The position numbers were made by a program, and so were the translations under genes. Positions 54,802 through 64,000 of a DNA stretch of 64,000 nucleotides are shown here, piece after piece (the stretch's first letter is position 1; each line of letters starts with the position of its first letter). Below the pieces are notes generated by a model that was not told where the DNA came from, did not search any database, and saw only the letters and a program-made list of their open reading frames with translations. Source of the stretch: Thermodesulfobacteriota bacterium (lineage in GTDB: Bacteria > Desulfobacterota_D > UBA1144 > Nemesobacterales > Nemesobacteraceae); contig OZ241855.1 of the NCBI GenBank assembly GCA_965202785.1, positions 123,660 through 187,659 of the forward strand. The letters are read 5' to 3'.

Positions 54802-54926
54802 TTCTGTATTTTAATAAACCCGATTCTCTTGTTAAACTAGAAAGAGTTTCTCACAAACTGCGGGAAATTGTTTATAGAACTCCTGAAAAAACAACAGTTT
54901 CGCAACGTCGTCAGAATAAAATACAC

Positions 54927-55018
54927 GGAGAGATGACCGAGTGGCCGAAGGTGCACGCCTGGAAAGCGTGTAGGGGGTTTACGCTCCCTCGTGGGTTCGA
55001 ATCCCACTCTCTCCGCCA
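54927..55018 (+). tRNA. tRNA-Ser (anticodon GGA)
   Basis: GGAGAGATGACCGAGTGGCCGAAGGTGCACGCCTGGAAAGCGTG... has a long variable arm and an encoded CCA. Confidence 0.9.
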
Positions 55019-55203
55019 TTCTTTATTTATAACTCCCTGAAAATAAAACATTTCTGAAGAGTTCAAGAACAATACTCTTTATGTGTTCATACGCCGCAGC
55101 TTCGGATTCTTGGTGAAGCTGGCTCTCTCTTGTACGCTTTACCACATTACAAGTATAAAAACACCAAAAATTACTAGGTTTCGCAGGTTGGAGAGATAAA
55201 ACA

Positions 55204-55926
55204 ATGAGTACACGCAAAAAAACAACGGATGAGATTAAATGGGTAGAAAAGACTTTTGAAGAAATAAAGGATGTGGTACGGCTACTGATGAATGCCGCGC
55301 AAACCCACAAACGTGCGTCAGTTTTGTGTATGGAGAAAGCTCGCGCCAATCGTTTTACTAATCCCGAGCGTTTTAATGTTGTAGATTACTTACTTCTTTC
55401 CGCTGTTTCTTTCGAACTGATTTTTGTATCGGTGGAACAATCTCTACGTCTTCTTTTTCTTCTTCTCTTTCGCATTTTTCCCAGAAACCCTGATCATGAC
55501 CTGCACACCCTTTACAAAGAATTGCAGGACAGGGATACAGGTGAGGAAGGGATATCTAGAGATATAATTCAAGAAATCAACGGTTTTGGTCAAACCAAAA
55601 ACATAAGACCAGTTTCTGAGGATGAGTTAATAGCTTGTCTCAAAAGACACGGTTCCTCGTATATGGACTTTAAATACTTCCACGTGGACACAAAAGGAAA
55701 GTCGAATCGGAATAAGAGTTCCGTACTTTCAGACCGCGATCTAGATATTTTCCTTTGCTTTGCGTCGGCGTTGATTTGCCTGAATATAGAGGAGATGGAA
55801 AAGCGCGGCTTCGGTTTTCCGTTTATATGGCCAGTACCTGAATCGGAAATGACAGAACGGTTGAAAGCCTTAAAAGAACGTGCCGATAATGCGTACTATA
55901 TCTCAGCCATTTTTCACGATAAATAA
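55204..55926 (+). CDS. hypothetical protein, tentatively HEPN-like
   Basis: It is all-helical. SFELIFVSVEQSLRLL....FPRNPDHDLHTLYKEL resembles the HEPN helix 2 / R-x(4-6)-H...L pattern. It lies immediately 3' of tRNA-Ser. Confidence 0.45.
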   Translation: MSTRKKTTDEIKWVEKTFEEIKDVVRLLMNAAQTHKRASVLCMEKARANRFTNPERFNVVDYLLLSAVSFELIFVSVEQSLRLLFLLLFRIFPRNPDHDLHTLYKELQDRDTGEEGISRDIIQEINGFGQTKNIRPVSEDELIACLKRHGSSYMDFKYFHVDTKGKSNRNKSSVLSDRDLDIFLCFASALICLNIEEMEKRGFGFPFIWPVPESEMTERLKALKERADNAYYISAIFHDK

Positions 55927-55987
55927 AAACCGTGCTATGTCAACGGGGACTTTCTCCACCAAGGATGCTTTAGGAAACAAAATCATG

Positions 55988-57085
55988 TTATAAATCGTCT
56001 TGCGAAACAGGAGCCCAGATCTGCCTAAGTGGGAGTTTAGCACGTATGTACTCAGGTAATTCAGCGTAGTTTTTGAAAAGCGCTTTCAGCAGATCATCCA
56101 TCTGCCACAGGCGGAGTTTGAAAAAATCGTCGTCAAGGTCCTTCCGTGCGGCCTTGTTCACGCCACCAATACTTACAAGCAATCCCGTCTGTGCCCCACT
56201 TTGAGAAACAGAACCTATAAGCTTGAGCACCACGTCACGATTGGCTTCACCATCACTTGATTTGACTTGAACACAGATACGATCCTCACCAAGGCCGAGA
56301 GTGCCTCCAGCGGCAAGGATATCGACTCCTCCGTCTGGTCCCGGAGGTGAAACTTTTGTCGTGTAGCCCTCAGTTTCGAGTATTTCCGCTACCAATTTGG
56401 CCAAGTCATGACCGGCAAATTGAGATTTGATCAACGAGACAATCTGCTGATTAGCTACTTCTTCAATATCAACTTCGTAGTCTTCAACATCTGATTCATC
56501 ATCTACAATCTGAGTAGGAATAAGTCCTGGTTTGTTAAGAAGCGGACCTGGATCTTTTCCAGTTTCAAGAACCGCTAGTACGCGGTCAATAGCCCTGTTT
56601 CGTTTGATTTCGCAGACCGTCATAAATGCCCCGAATGAGTGACGCAAGTCCTGCTTGAAATTATCGCGAGGTACGGATTCCTTATGCCATTTGATGGAAC
56701 GCGAGTTGGGAAAAATATCATTAGGGTCATCAATATAGTTGTAATCTCCGGTCACCTCACCAATTGCAATACCATCGGTAAGCTTGCGGGGCATAACTAC
56801 TAAGTCACCTATCTGAATAATATTCACAAACCGGTGAAGTTGCGAAGCGTAATTTGCAATCCGATTCTTACTACTACCGGGAAATATCTCTTCAAGTCGC
56901 CTAACAATCTCACTGCGATCTTTATTACTTAGGTCTCCGATTTCACTCCAGCCGATTAGTGCTTTGTTTTGCTCAAGAGCATCTAATTCACGTTCTCCTC
57001 GACTCCCAGAGCGAATAAGCCAAAGCCTTGGTTCTTTCTGCTCTATAGCCACTTTATTTTCTCCAACCTCCTCTGTTGATCTCAT
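55988..57085 (-). CDS. Mrr-like (PD-(D/E)xK, Mrr_cat) restriction endonuclease with a large N-terminal domain of unknown specificity
   Basis: The C-terminal GPDGGVDILA...ICVQVKS...LLVSIGGVNKAARK is the Mrr catalytic core. The ATG at 57085 is preferred. Confidence 0.8.
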   Translation of the reverse strand: MRSTEEVGENKVAIEQKEPRLWLIRSGSRGERELDALEQNKALIGWSEIGDLSNKDRSEIVRRLEEIFPGSSKNRIANYASQLHRFVNIIQIGDLVVMPRKLTDGIAIGEVTGDYNYIDDPNDIFPNSRSIKWHKESVPRDNFKQDLRHSFGAFMTVCEIKRNRAIDRVLAVLETGKDPGPLLNKPGLIPTQIVDDESDVEDYEVDIEEVANQQIVSLIKSQFAGHDLAKLVAEILETEGYTTKVSPPGPDGGVDILAAGGTLGLGEDRICVQVKSSDGEANRDVVLKLIGSVSQSGAQTGLLVSIGGVNKAARKDLDDDFFKLRLWQMDDLLKALFKNYAELPEYIRAKLPLRQIWAPVSQDDL

Positions 57086-57307
57086 ACAAGCTTTGACAAA
57101 ACTGTATCTGGGTAAACGATTATTCCAGACTTTGTAAAGCTTCCGTGTCCTACGTACCAATTACAAACTCAGGAAACGTATAGCAATCAATCTCAATTAC
57201 TAATTATAGGGATAATGTATAGTTCTAGTTATACGGAGTAGACGTAAACGGCACCACCCCGAAGGTTTACATCAGTCAAGATAGCAATACTAACCAAAAT
57301 TCTAAGC

Positions 57308-57664
57308 TTACTTATTTATAAGTTCTATCTTGTCTTCAAGATTCGGCACAAGACACAGGAACTCAAAAGGTTCGTCACCCTCAACTTCATACCAGTGAGG
57401 AATCCCGGCAGGAATAAAGACTACATCATCCTTCTCGACGTTATACACATCATCTCCGATTCCAATTTTTGCCCTGCCACCAAGAACATACTGCTCATGC
57501 TCAACGGCGTTGGTATGAGCGGGGATATCGCCTCCAGGCTGCATAACAAACTTTCTCATCGCGAAGTTCGGACCTTCCTCCGGACTGATGAGAACCTGCC
57601 TTGAAGTACCCTGACCTGCTCCGATAATCGTACTCTCTACGTCTTTAACCTTTTTTACGTACAT
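57308..57664 (-). CDS. cupin-domain protein, paralog 1
   Basis: GGDIPAHTNAVEHEQYVLGG....VVFIPAGIPHWY has the cupin motifs 1 and 2. Confidence 0.8.
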   Translation of the reverse strand: MYVKKVKDVESTIIGAGQGTSRQVLISPEEGPNFAMRKFVMQPGGDIPAHTNAVEHEQYVLGGRAKIGIGDDVYNVEKDDVVFIPAGIPHWYEVEGDEPFEFLCLVPNLEDKIELINK

Positions 57665-57933
57665 ATTTAAAATGTAACACAGAAAAGATGGATTGTTCTA
57701 TAGATATTTAAGGGGACTATATACAATGTTACCCAGAACCTCTTGACTTCTTTTGTATGGGATAAAGGGTCTTGACCAACCGGGGCACAAGGCTTTGTGC
57801 TTTTCAGAGTAAGAACTTTCTTCCGAATCCTTGACCTTTTCTCTTGATTGTTCATGGGAGGTGAGATCTGTTGAAGTTCTGTCCGCAATCGTGCTATAAT
57901 AAGGCTCGCTTGAGAACTGAGGAGGAGAGAATT

Positions 57934-59376
57934 ATGAAGGTGTTTTTCCATCTGTTTTTTTCGATTGCCGCTGGTCTTGGGCTTCACACGCAAGCGTTCG
58001 CCCACGAGTACAGGGGTTTTTCCCATAATCCGGATCTGGACATAAGTGCGGAGAGCGTTGGGGTTGCGGATGAGGCTTCCATAACAAAGATGGCCGTTCA
58101 CCTGGCAAAGCATATTGAGCTGATCCAGGCTTCGGACCTGAGCCAGCCGGAGCAGGCAAAGGAGCTCGTGATACTTGGGCAGAGGACCAGGGAGCGGGGA
58201 ATCTTCAACAATGGCGAGGTTTACTTCGTGCTTGTAAACCCCGAGGGATACATAGCGAACCACGGGATTTATCCCGACCTGCATTTCAAGAAGTATTTCC
58301 CTTCCTTCGAGTTCAAGGACCGCGATGGCATGACAACCGGGACCATGGAAACCCTGCTTGCGAGCGAGGCTCCGACATGCGTGAATTACCACTACGGCGG
58401 AGAAGACAGGGTGGCGTGCGCGATGGGCGTGAGGGTTTTTTCCGCGGGTGGCGCCGTAATCAACCTGATGGGGTTTCACCACGCGAGGGATGACTACGAC
58501 CTGATCGAAGAAGACAACCCCAACTGCGATGTTCCCCTCTATAGCCTTCCCGTCACCGCGGGGCAGGTTGACGGTGAGCAGGACCCGCAGAGGAAAGAAG
58601 AGCTCCTTGTCGAGTATGTAAAGGCCGTTGCCGAGAAGTTCAAGCAGCGTAGCGGCGCGACGGCACTGCAGCTGTTCCAGCAGGATCCCGCGCTTGTCGC
58701 CCTTGGCGGAGGGCTTGTTCCGGACAGCACGCCGGAACAGGTGGAAGCGGCCGCGAAAGAGCTTGGGGAGAGGTCCGTCCGAATATCTCTCGGGACGACG
58801 AGCTGTCTCGGTAGTGGAGACTACAAAGAGGGCTCCATATATGCCTTCATGTTCGCTCCCGAGGATGGCACCGCGGTCATAAACGGGCTTGACTTTCACC
58901 GCTACGGAGTAAGCGTTTCACTAACCGACCCGGATCCGATTCAGTGCGATGGAGCGAATCTCCTCGAGGCTTTTCGCAACGCGGCGACGAATGGAAGCGG
59001 AAATCTCATGGATCTGGCGGAGGGAAACAGCGGCTTCGTCACATATCACTGGAAGAATCCGACGCTCACCGATGACGGCAACCAGAACTACCTTGAGAAA
59101 GGCGAGATTCCCGGCTTCTCCATAAAGAAAAGCTATTTTGAAGTGGTAGACATAACGCCGCCCGAGCTTGCCACCCTCGGCACTCCTCCGCTCTGGCGCA
59201 TAGTCGGCTCGGGAATCTATCTTGACGACGCCGAGTATTGCGAAGAAGGTGACGAAGGGTGTGCAATAGCTTCTACGGCCCCTGTGTCCGGAAGCGCTTT
59301 GCTCAACCTGCTTGTGATAGCGGCTGTCGTTTTATCCGTCGTTGCGGGGAGGCAGAGGAAAAAACTCGATATTTAA
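57934..59376 (+). CDS. secreted protein with tentative Cache-like ligand-binding repeats and a C-terminal hydrophobic anchor / sorting-signal-like tail
   Basis: It has the signal peptide MKVFFHLFFSIAAGLGLHTQAFA. The segments NGEVYFVLVNPEGYIANHG and GFVTYHWKNP...KKSYF are Cache-like. It ends ...GCAIASTAPVSGSALLNLLVIAAVVLSVVAGRQRKKLDI. A GAGGAGGAG SD lies before the ATG at 57934. Confidence 0.55.
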   Translation: MKVFFHLFFSIAAGLGLHTQAFAHEYRGFSHNPDLDISAESVGVADEASITKMAVHLAKHIELIQASDLSQPEQAKELVILGQRTRERGIFNNGEVYFVLVNPEGYIANHGIYPDLHFKKYFPSFEFKDRDGMTTGTMETLLASEAPTCVNYHYGGEDRVACAMGVRVFSAGGAVINLMGFHHARDDYDLIEEDNPNCDVPLYSLPVTAGQVDGEQDPQRKEELLVEYVKAVAEKFKQRSGATALQLFQQDPALVALGGGLVPDSTPEQVEAAAKELGERSVRISLGTTSCLGSGDYKEGSIYAFMFAPEDGTAVINGLDFHRYGVSVSLTDPDPIQCDGANLLEAFRNAATNGSGNLMDLAEGNSGFVTYHWKNPTLTDDGNQNYLEKGEIPGFSIKKSYFEVVDITPPELATLGTPPLWRIVGSGIYLDDAEYCEEGDEGCAIASTAPVSGSALLNLLVIAAVVLSVVAGRQRKKLDI

Positions 59377-59616
59377 GGGGATGAAATACGATTCCAGCTA
59401 ACCTTAACGGGTGGTATTATCCCCCTCTTCCTGTCTTTTTCTGCAGGGTTCTTAGGGCCAGGGTTTTTGATAAAAAATGACTTGACCGCATTGCCCATTG
59501 CTATGTCTATCAACTTTATGAATTTCGGTTTCTTTGGCATTCTTCCTTACTCGGTTCACCGTACTTAGTCTTTATTGGGAAGCCCGCTAAGTTGAAAATT
59601 ATTACAAACTTTGTGG

Positions 59617-59622
59617 TATAAT
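59617..59622 (+). promoter_or_regulatory. extended -10 element (TGgTATAAT) upstream of the TonB-dependent receptor gene
   Basis: TGTGGTATAAT was read 20 nt upstream of the ATG region. A possible -35 TTGAAA lies at a 19-nt spacing. Confidence 0.4.
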
Positions 59623-59642
59623 CGGGCAAAAAAGGAGGAGCC

Positions 59643-62108
59643 ATGAACCTAAAAAACCTAAAGAAAAATACCAATAGTCACAAGATTCTCCCTGTCGTTG
59701 GGGCGGTAATGGCCCTATTGTTTCTTTGCGTATTACCCGGCAACGTGCAGGCGCAGAGTGAGTCAGAAGCAACTTTGCTTCCATATATCTACGTGATAGG
59801 TTCGCGACGGCCCGTTCGCTCAACCACTGACACCGCTTCTCCCGTAGACGTCATATCAGGCGAAGATTTTACAGATCAGGGAACTGGAGACATGTCTAAC
59901 CTCCTTCGTACCCTCGTTCCCTCGTACAATGTCGGGCCGAATCCAATCAGCGATGCCGCCACGTTCATTCGTCCCGCCAACCTGCGGGGTCTTGCGTCCG
60001 ATCAGTCTCTGGTTTTTGTAAACGGAAAACGTCGCCACAGGGCTGCTGTCATCACCTTTCTTGGAAACGGTGTTTCTGAGGGAGCGCAGGGTCCGGACGT
60101 AAGCGTCATTCCGGCAATTGCGCTTGATCGCGTCGAGGTTCTTCGCGACAGCGCCTCCGCACAGTACGGTTCCGACGCCATCGCCGGCGTAATCAACTTC
60201 GTGCTCAAGGACAGTCCGGACGGTGGAACTATAGAAACCCAATGGGGACAAACGTACGAGGGTGACGGAACCGAGTATCGAGGCGCCTTCAACATCGGCG
60301 TACCCGTTACTGAAAGCGGTTTTGCCAATCTCAGCGCCGAATGGCGCGAATCCGGACCCACGGTTCGCAGCGTGCAAAGAGACGACGCGGCTCATCTGGT
60401 CGCTGCCGGAAACACCCACGTCCGTCAGCCCTACGCCCAGATATGGGGAGACCCCGACATAGACGGCGACATAAAAGTTTTCCTTAACTCAGGCATTGAG
60501 ATAAGTGAACATTTAGAATTCTATGCGTTTGGAAACATAGCCAGACGGGAAACCGAAGGTGGTTTCTTTTTCCGAAACCCCGAGACACGCAAGGGAGTAA
60601 ATGTGGACGGAGACGGCAATCCTCTGGAATACACGCTGCCCTCAGGCGAGATTTTCCGGTGGAGCCAGAGATTTCCGGGCGGTTTTACGCCCCAGTTCAA
60701 GGGAGAAGTAAATGACAAGGCTGCAACGCTTGGTTTTCGCGGCTCTTTGGCCTCAGGTCTAACATACGACACAAGCTACACAATTGGACGAAGCCGGGTG
60801 GATTTTTTCATCAGAGATACCATAAACTCCAGTTTGGGACCGGAATCGCCTACGCAGTTCGAGCTCGGTTCCTATATACAGACCGATCAGACCGCAAATG
60901 CGGACCTGACTTACAAATTCGGCGTTCCGATGTTTCATTCGCCGCTTCACGTCGCCACCGGTGTTGAATGGCGTAGTGAGAATTTCGAGGTCCTCGCGGG
61001 CGAAAGAGCCTCATGGGTCGCAGGTCCCCTGGCGCAGGCCGGCTTCGGTATCGGCGCCAACGGTTTTTCCGGTTTTTCCGATCGGGTAGCCGGTGAGTGG
61101 GACCGGTCCAACATTGCCGCCTACGTTGATCTCGAAGCAGATGTCTTTTCAAATCTAACCCTCGGGGCAATGGGAAGATGGGAGAAGTTCGACGATTTCG
61201 GTTCGACAACGGACGGCAAGCTTGCCGCATTGTTTCGGGTGGTCCCCGGGTTGAGCCTGCGCGGTTCCGCAAGCACGGGCTTCAGGGTACCCACCGTGGG
61301 TCAGGAGAATATTCAGAACGTTACAACGGAGTTTCAATCCGGAGGATTGCGGCAGATAGGAACCATCCCCGCTACCTGCCCGGAAGCGAAACTGGCCGGC
61401 GCAGAACCTCTCGAGCCCGAAGAGTCGCTGACGTTCACTCTGGGTCTCGTGGCGGAGTCAGGTCCTGTTTCGCTCACGGCGGATTATTTCAACATCAGGG
61501 TAAATGACCGCTTGGGGAAATCAAAAGACATCAGAATCAACCGGCGAATTCAAGGCAGCTGCCTTGAAGCTCAGGATGTACTTGAGTTCAGTTACTATGG
61601 AAACGGGTTTGATACGCGCACTAAGGGTATCGACATCGTCGCAACGGTCGATGTTTCTCCGCTGCTTGGACACGGTGAGACAAAATTTGTAGTAGTAGGC
61701 AACTGGACCGATACGCAGGTAGTCAAGCATGATCCGAACTTTCTTGATGAAAAGCGTATTCTCCAGCTTGAAAAAGTCCTTCCCGACTACAGGTTCAACG
61801 CTACGCTTCATCACGGCCGCAACGCATTGAGCGGCCTTGTGCGCCTTAATTACTTCGGTTCCTACTCAGAAACCCACGTTGACGATTTAGAGCTTCTTAT
61901 CCATCCAGGCGATGAGATCACGCTTGATGCCGAGATAAGCTACCTGCTGATGAACAGTGTTGAAGTGAGCGTTGGCGCGGAAAATATCTTCAACAACTTC
62001 CCCGATAGAAATCCCTACGCCGGGGAAGTAGGGGCGAAGTATCCGGAATCTTCACCGATGGGCCTAGCCGGCGGTTTCTACTACGGAAGACTCCGTTACC
62101 TGTTCTGA
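59643..62108 (+). CDS. TonB-dependent outer-membrane receptor
   Basis: It has a signal peptide, a plug domain (DVISGEDF..., RGLASDQSLVFVNGKRR, DRVEVLRDSASAQYGSDAIAGVINFV), a beta-barrel, and a terminal ...GRLRYLF. Confidence 0.9.
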   Translation: MNLKNLKKNTNSHKILPVVGAVMALLFLCVLPGNVQAQSESEATLLPYIYVIGSRRPVRSTTDTASPVDVISGEDFTDQGTGDMSNLLRTLVPSYNVGPNPISDAATFIRPANLRGLASDQSLVFVNGKRRHRAAVITFLGNGVSEGAQGPDVSVIPAIALDRVEVLRDSASAQYGSDAIAGVINFVLKDSPDGGTIETQWGQTYEGDGTEYRGAFNIGVPVTESGFANLSAEWRESGPTVRSVQRDDAAHLVAAGNTHVRQPYAQIWGDPDIDGDIKVFLNSGIEISEHLEFYAFGNIARRETEGGFFFRNPETRKGVNVDGDGNPLEYTLPSGEIFRWSQRFPGGFTPQFKGEVNDKAATLGFRGSLASGLTYDTSYTIGRSRVDFFIRDTINSSLGPESPTQFELGSYIQTDQTANADLTYKFGVPMFHSPLHVATGVEWRSENFEVLAGERASWVAGPLAQAGFGIGANGFSGFSDRVAGEWDRSNIAAYVDLEADVFSNLTLGAMGRWEKFDDFGSTTDGKLAALFRVVPGLSLRGSASTGFRVPTVGQENIQNVTTEFQSGGLRQIGTIPATCPEAKLAGAEPLEPEESLTFTLGLVAESGPVSLTADYFNIRVNDRLGKSKDIRINRRIQGSCLEAQDVLEFSYYGNGFDTRTKGIDIVATVDVSPLLGHGETKFVVVGNWTDTQVVKHDPNFLDEKRILQLEKVLPDYRFNATLHHGRNALSGLVRLNYFGSYSETHVDDLELLIHPGDEITLDAEISYLLMNSVEVSVGAENIFNNFPDRNPYAGEVGAKYPESSPMGLAGGFYYGRLRYLF

Positions 62109-62199
62109 GTGAAGAGGCCACAGAAGGGTTATGAACCCGATAATCTGCCAATGATGACGGCAACAAACGCAACAATACCGCTCGTTGTTTCCGGAGCGG

Positions 62200-62553
62200 C
62201 TATTTTATGAAAACCATCTCGCTGTCTTTATTCGGCAGAACCGACAGAATCTCAAAAGGTTCTTCTCCGTAAGCTTCATACCAGTGCGGCTCTCCGGCGG
62301 GGATGAAGACAACGTCACCCCTTGCCACTTCATAAACCTGATCCCCGATTCCGACCCTTGCCGTGCCGCCAAGGACATACTGCTCATGCTCGGCGCCGCT
62401 TGTATGAGCGGGAATGCCGCCCCCGGGTTCAATGACAAGCTTCCTCATAGAAAAATTAGGACCCTCCTCGGGACCTATGAGCATTTGTCTTGAAACGCCG
62501 CTTCCCGACTCCAAGACCTCGCTCTCTATATCGTCAATTCTTTTTACATGCAT
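62200..62553 (-). CDS. cupin-domain protein, paralog 2 (~60% identical to 57308-57664)
   Basis: GGGIPAHTSGAEHEQYVLGG...VVFIPAGEPHWY. Confidence 0.8.
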   Translation of the reverse strand: MHVKRIDDIESEVLESGSGVSRQMLIGPEEGPNFSMRKLVIEPGGGIPAHTSGAEHEQYVLGGTARVGIGDQVYEVARGDVVFIPAGEPHWYEAYGEEPFEILSVLPNKDSEMVFIK

Positions 62554-62847
62554 GCGCTTTTACCTCCAAACTGAATTCTGACTTTTACTTATAGTATCCC
62601 ATGATTTTATATACAGATAATTTATTAAAATCTTATTTATCTTTCGTTCAATGCAGGTGAAGCATCGCCGGGAAATAAGCAAAGTGGATGAGAAAAGACG
62701 TCCAGGGGGAAAATCCGCCAACCGGCATATCGCATCATTTTCCCCTGATATAAAACGAAATTCACAACCGCGCATTTCTAAAAAACCCGTTTTTGTGTAG
62801 ATTGATTAGCTACGGAACCGCGACGGTTCATCTCTTTGGAGAACAAT

Positions 62848-62950
<103 letters not shown>

Positions 62951-62963
62951 TTTTAAAAAAAAT

Positions 62964-64000
62964 ATGGCTTATAGAGTACTCGCCCGCAAGTGGCGCCCCC
63001 AGACTTTCGAAGACCTCGTCGGTCAGGAATTCCCCGCCGTAACCCTCAGAAACTCAATCGAGTCCGGGAAGATAGCCCACGCGCTGCTTTTCGCCGGCCC
63101 GAGAGGCACGGGCAAGACATCCACGGCGAGAATTGTCGCCAAGGCCGTAAACTGCGAGAAAAAAGACGGGAGTAAGTACCCCTGCTCAACCGATCAGTGC
63201 TCAATCTGTGAGGGAATATCGGAGGGAAAATCGCTTGACGTGCAGGAGATTGACGCCGCGTCACACACGGGCGTGGCCGACGTTCGCGAGATCATAGAGA
63301 GCGTTAAATACTCCCCGGCTTCGGCAAGAAAGAAAGTCTACATAATCGACGAAGTGCACATGCTCTCCCAGTCGGCCTTCAACGCGCTTCTTAAAATAAT
63401 GGAAGAACCCCCCGAGCACGCGATTTTCATACTGGCGACCACCGAGGCCCACAAGGTTCCCCCGACCATCATGTCCCGCTGCCAGAGATACGACTTCAAG
63501 AAGATACCGGTCGAGAAAATAAAGGAATCCCTCGACAAGATAACAAAGGCGGAGGGAATAAAGATCGACACGGAAACCCTCTACCTGATCGCGAGGGAAT
63601 CGGAGGGAAGCATGAGGGACTCGCTGAGCCTGCTTGACCAGCTGACGGTGTCCTTCGAAGACAAAATAACCCACACAGACGTGATAAGCCTGCTCGGCAT
63701 ACCGGATAACGAGTCGCTTAAAAACATCCTTAGAGCCGTTTTCGCCAAGGAGCCGGCAAAATGCGTGGAGCTTGTGCGAAACGCCGCGTCGAAGGGGATA
63801 AGCCCGAGGAGAATGGCCCAGGACATCATCTACATGATGAGGAACCTGCTCTACCTTAAGATCTGCGGCAAGGATTTTGTTTCCGACCTGTCCCCGGATG
63901 AAAAAGACGAACTTTCAGAACTTGTAAAGAACGAATCCACGGAAACCGTGGAACTCCTTTTTAACGTAATAATCGACGGGGGAGAGAAAATACGCGGCTC
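62964..64000 (+). CDS. dnaX: DNA polymerase III subunit gamma/tau, N-terminal part (3' end lies outside the window; absent from the supplied ORF track)
   Basis: Hand-translated: MAYRVLARKWRPQTFEDLVGQE...HALLFAGPRGTGKTSTARI..., a Zn module C..C..CSIC, IIDEVHMLS and SRCQRYDF. Confidence 0.9.
   Translation, partial: MAYRVLARKWRPQTFEDLVGQEFPAVTLRNSIESGKIAHALLFAGPRGTGKTSTARIVAKAVNCEKKDGSKYPCSTDQCSICEGISEGKSLDVQEIDAASHTGVADVREIIESVKYSPASARKKVYIIDEVHMLSQSAFNALLKIMEEPPEHAIFILATTEAHKVPPTIMSRCQRYDFKKIPVEKIKESLDKITKAEGIKIDTETLYLIARESEGSMRDSLSLLDQLTVSFEDKITHTDVISLLGIPDNESLKNILRAVFAKEPAKCVELVRNAASKGISPRRMAQDIIYMMRNLLYLKICGKDFVSDLSPDEKDELSELVKNESTETVELLFNVIIDGGEKIRG

Noticed and set aside
57667-58899. 410-aa minus-strand ORF
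   Set aside because: It is antisense to the secreted Cache-like protein gene. The plus-strand gene has a strong SD and a canonical signal peptide. The minus-strand product is Arg/Leu-rich with no motifs.
59590-59615. Possible Fur box upstream of the TonB-dependent receptor
   Set aside because: It matches only about 9 of 15 positions of the GATAATGATAATCATTATC consensus in generally AT-rich DNA, which is not convincing.

Overview
The window is a bacterial chromosomal segment of about 52% GC. I cannot assign a taxon from the sequence alone. Most of it is housekeeping: hisS (partial), an MFS transporter, tatA, nuoG-nuoH, gyrB, dcd, pheS, the tgt-yajC-secD-secF block, dapB, yicC, sucD, rmuC, one rrn operon on the minus strand (16S, tRNA-Ile, tRNA-Ala, 23S, with no intact 5S), cysS, nnr, tsaE, lysC, cimA, trhO, two tandem csp genes, moeB/moeZ, tRNA-Leu, tRNA-Ser, SRP RNA and dnaX (partial). 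Several small accessory insertions sit between these genes:
- An HNH endonuclease plus a DUF4143 AAA ATPase directly after nuoH.
- An orphan AbiEi-like gene.
- A hipBA cassette lying between diverged direct repeats, next to a tsaD 5' remnant.
- An AT-richer island with a Cre-like tyrosine recombinase and a collagen/RTX lipoprotein. It lies between the real 23S 3' end and a decayed second copy of the 23S 3' end plus a 5S-like remnant.
- dinJ-yafQ, vapBC, and a Phd-type antitoxin with a truncated toxin.
- A tRNA-Ser-linked pair: a HEPN-like protein and an Mrr-like nuclease.
- A Cache-like secreted protein plus a TonB-dependent receptor, bracketed by two cupin paralogs.
Other sequence-level oddities:
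- Two perfect out-of-frame tandem duplications (34 and 41 bp) that compensate each other inside a HyuB-dipeptidase fusion ORF.
- Two genes (sucD and an ADP-ribosylglycohydrolase) whose conserved N-termini have ATA or ATC where ATG is expected.
All coordinates, alignments and identity estimates were made by eye. No database search was run. Family calls rest on recognised motifs.
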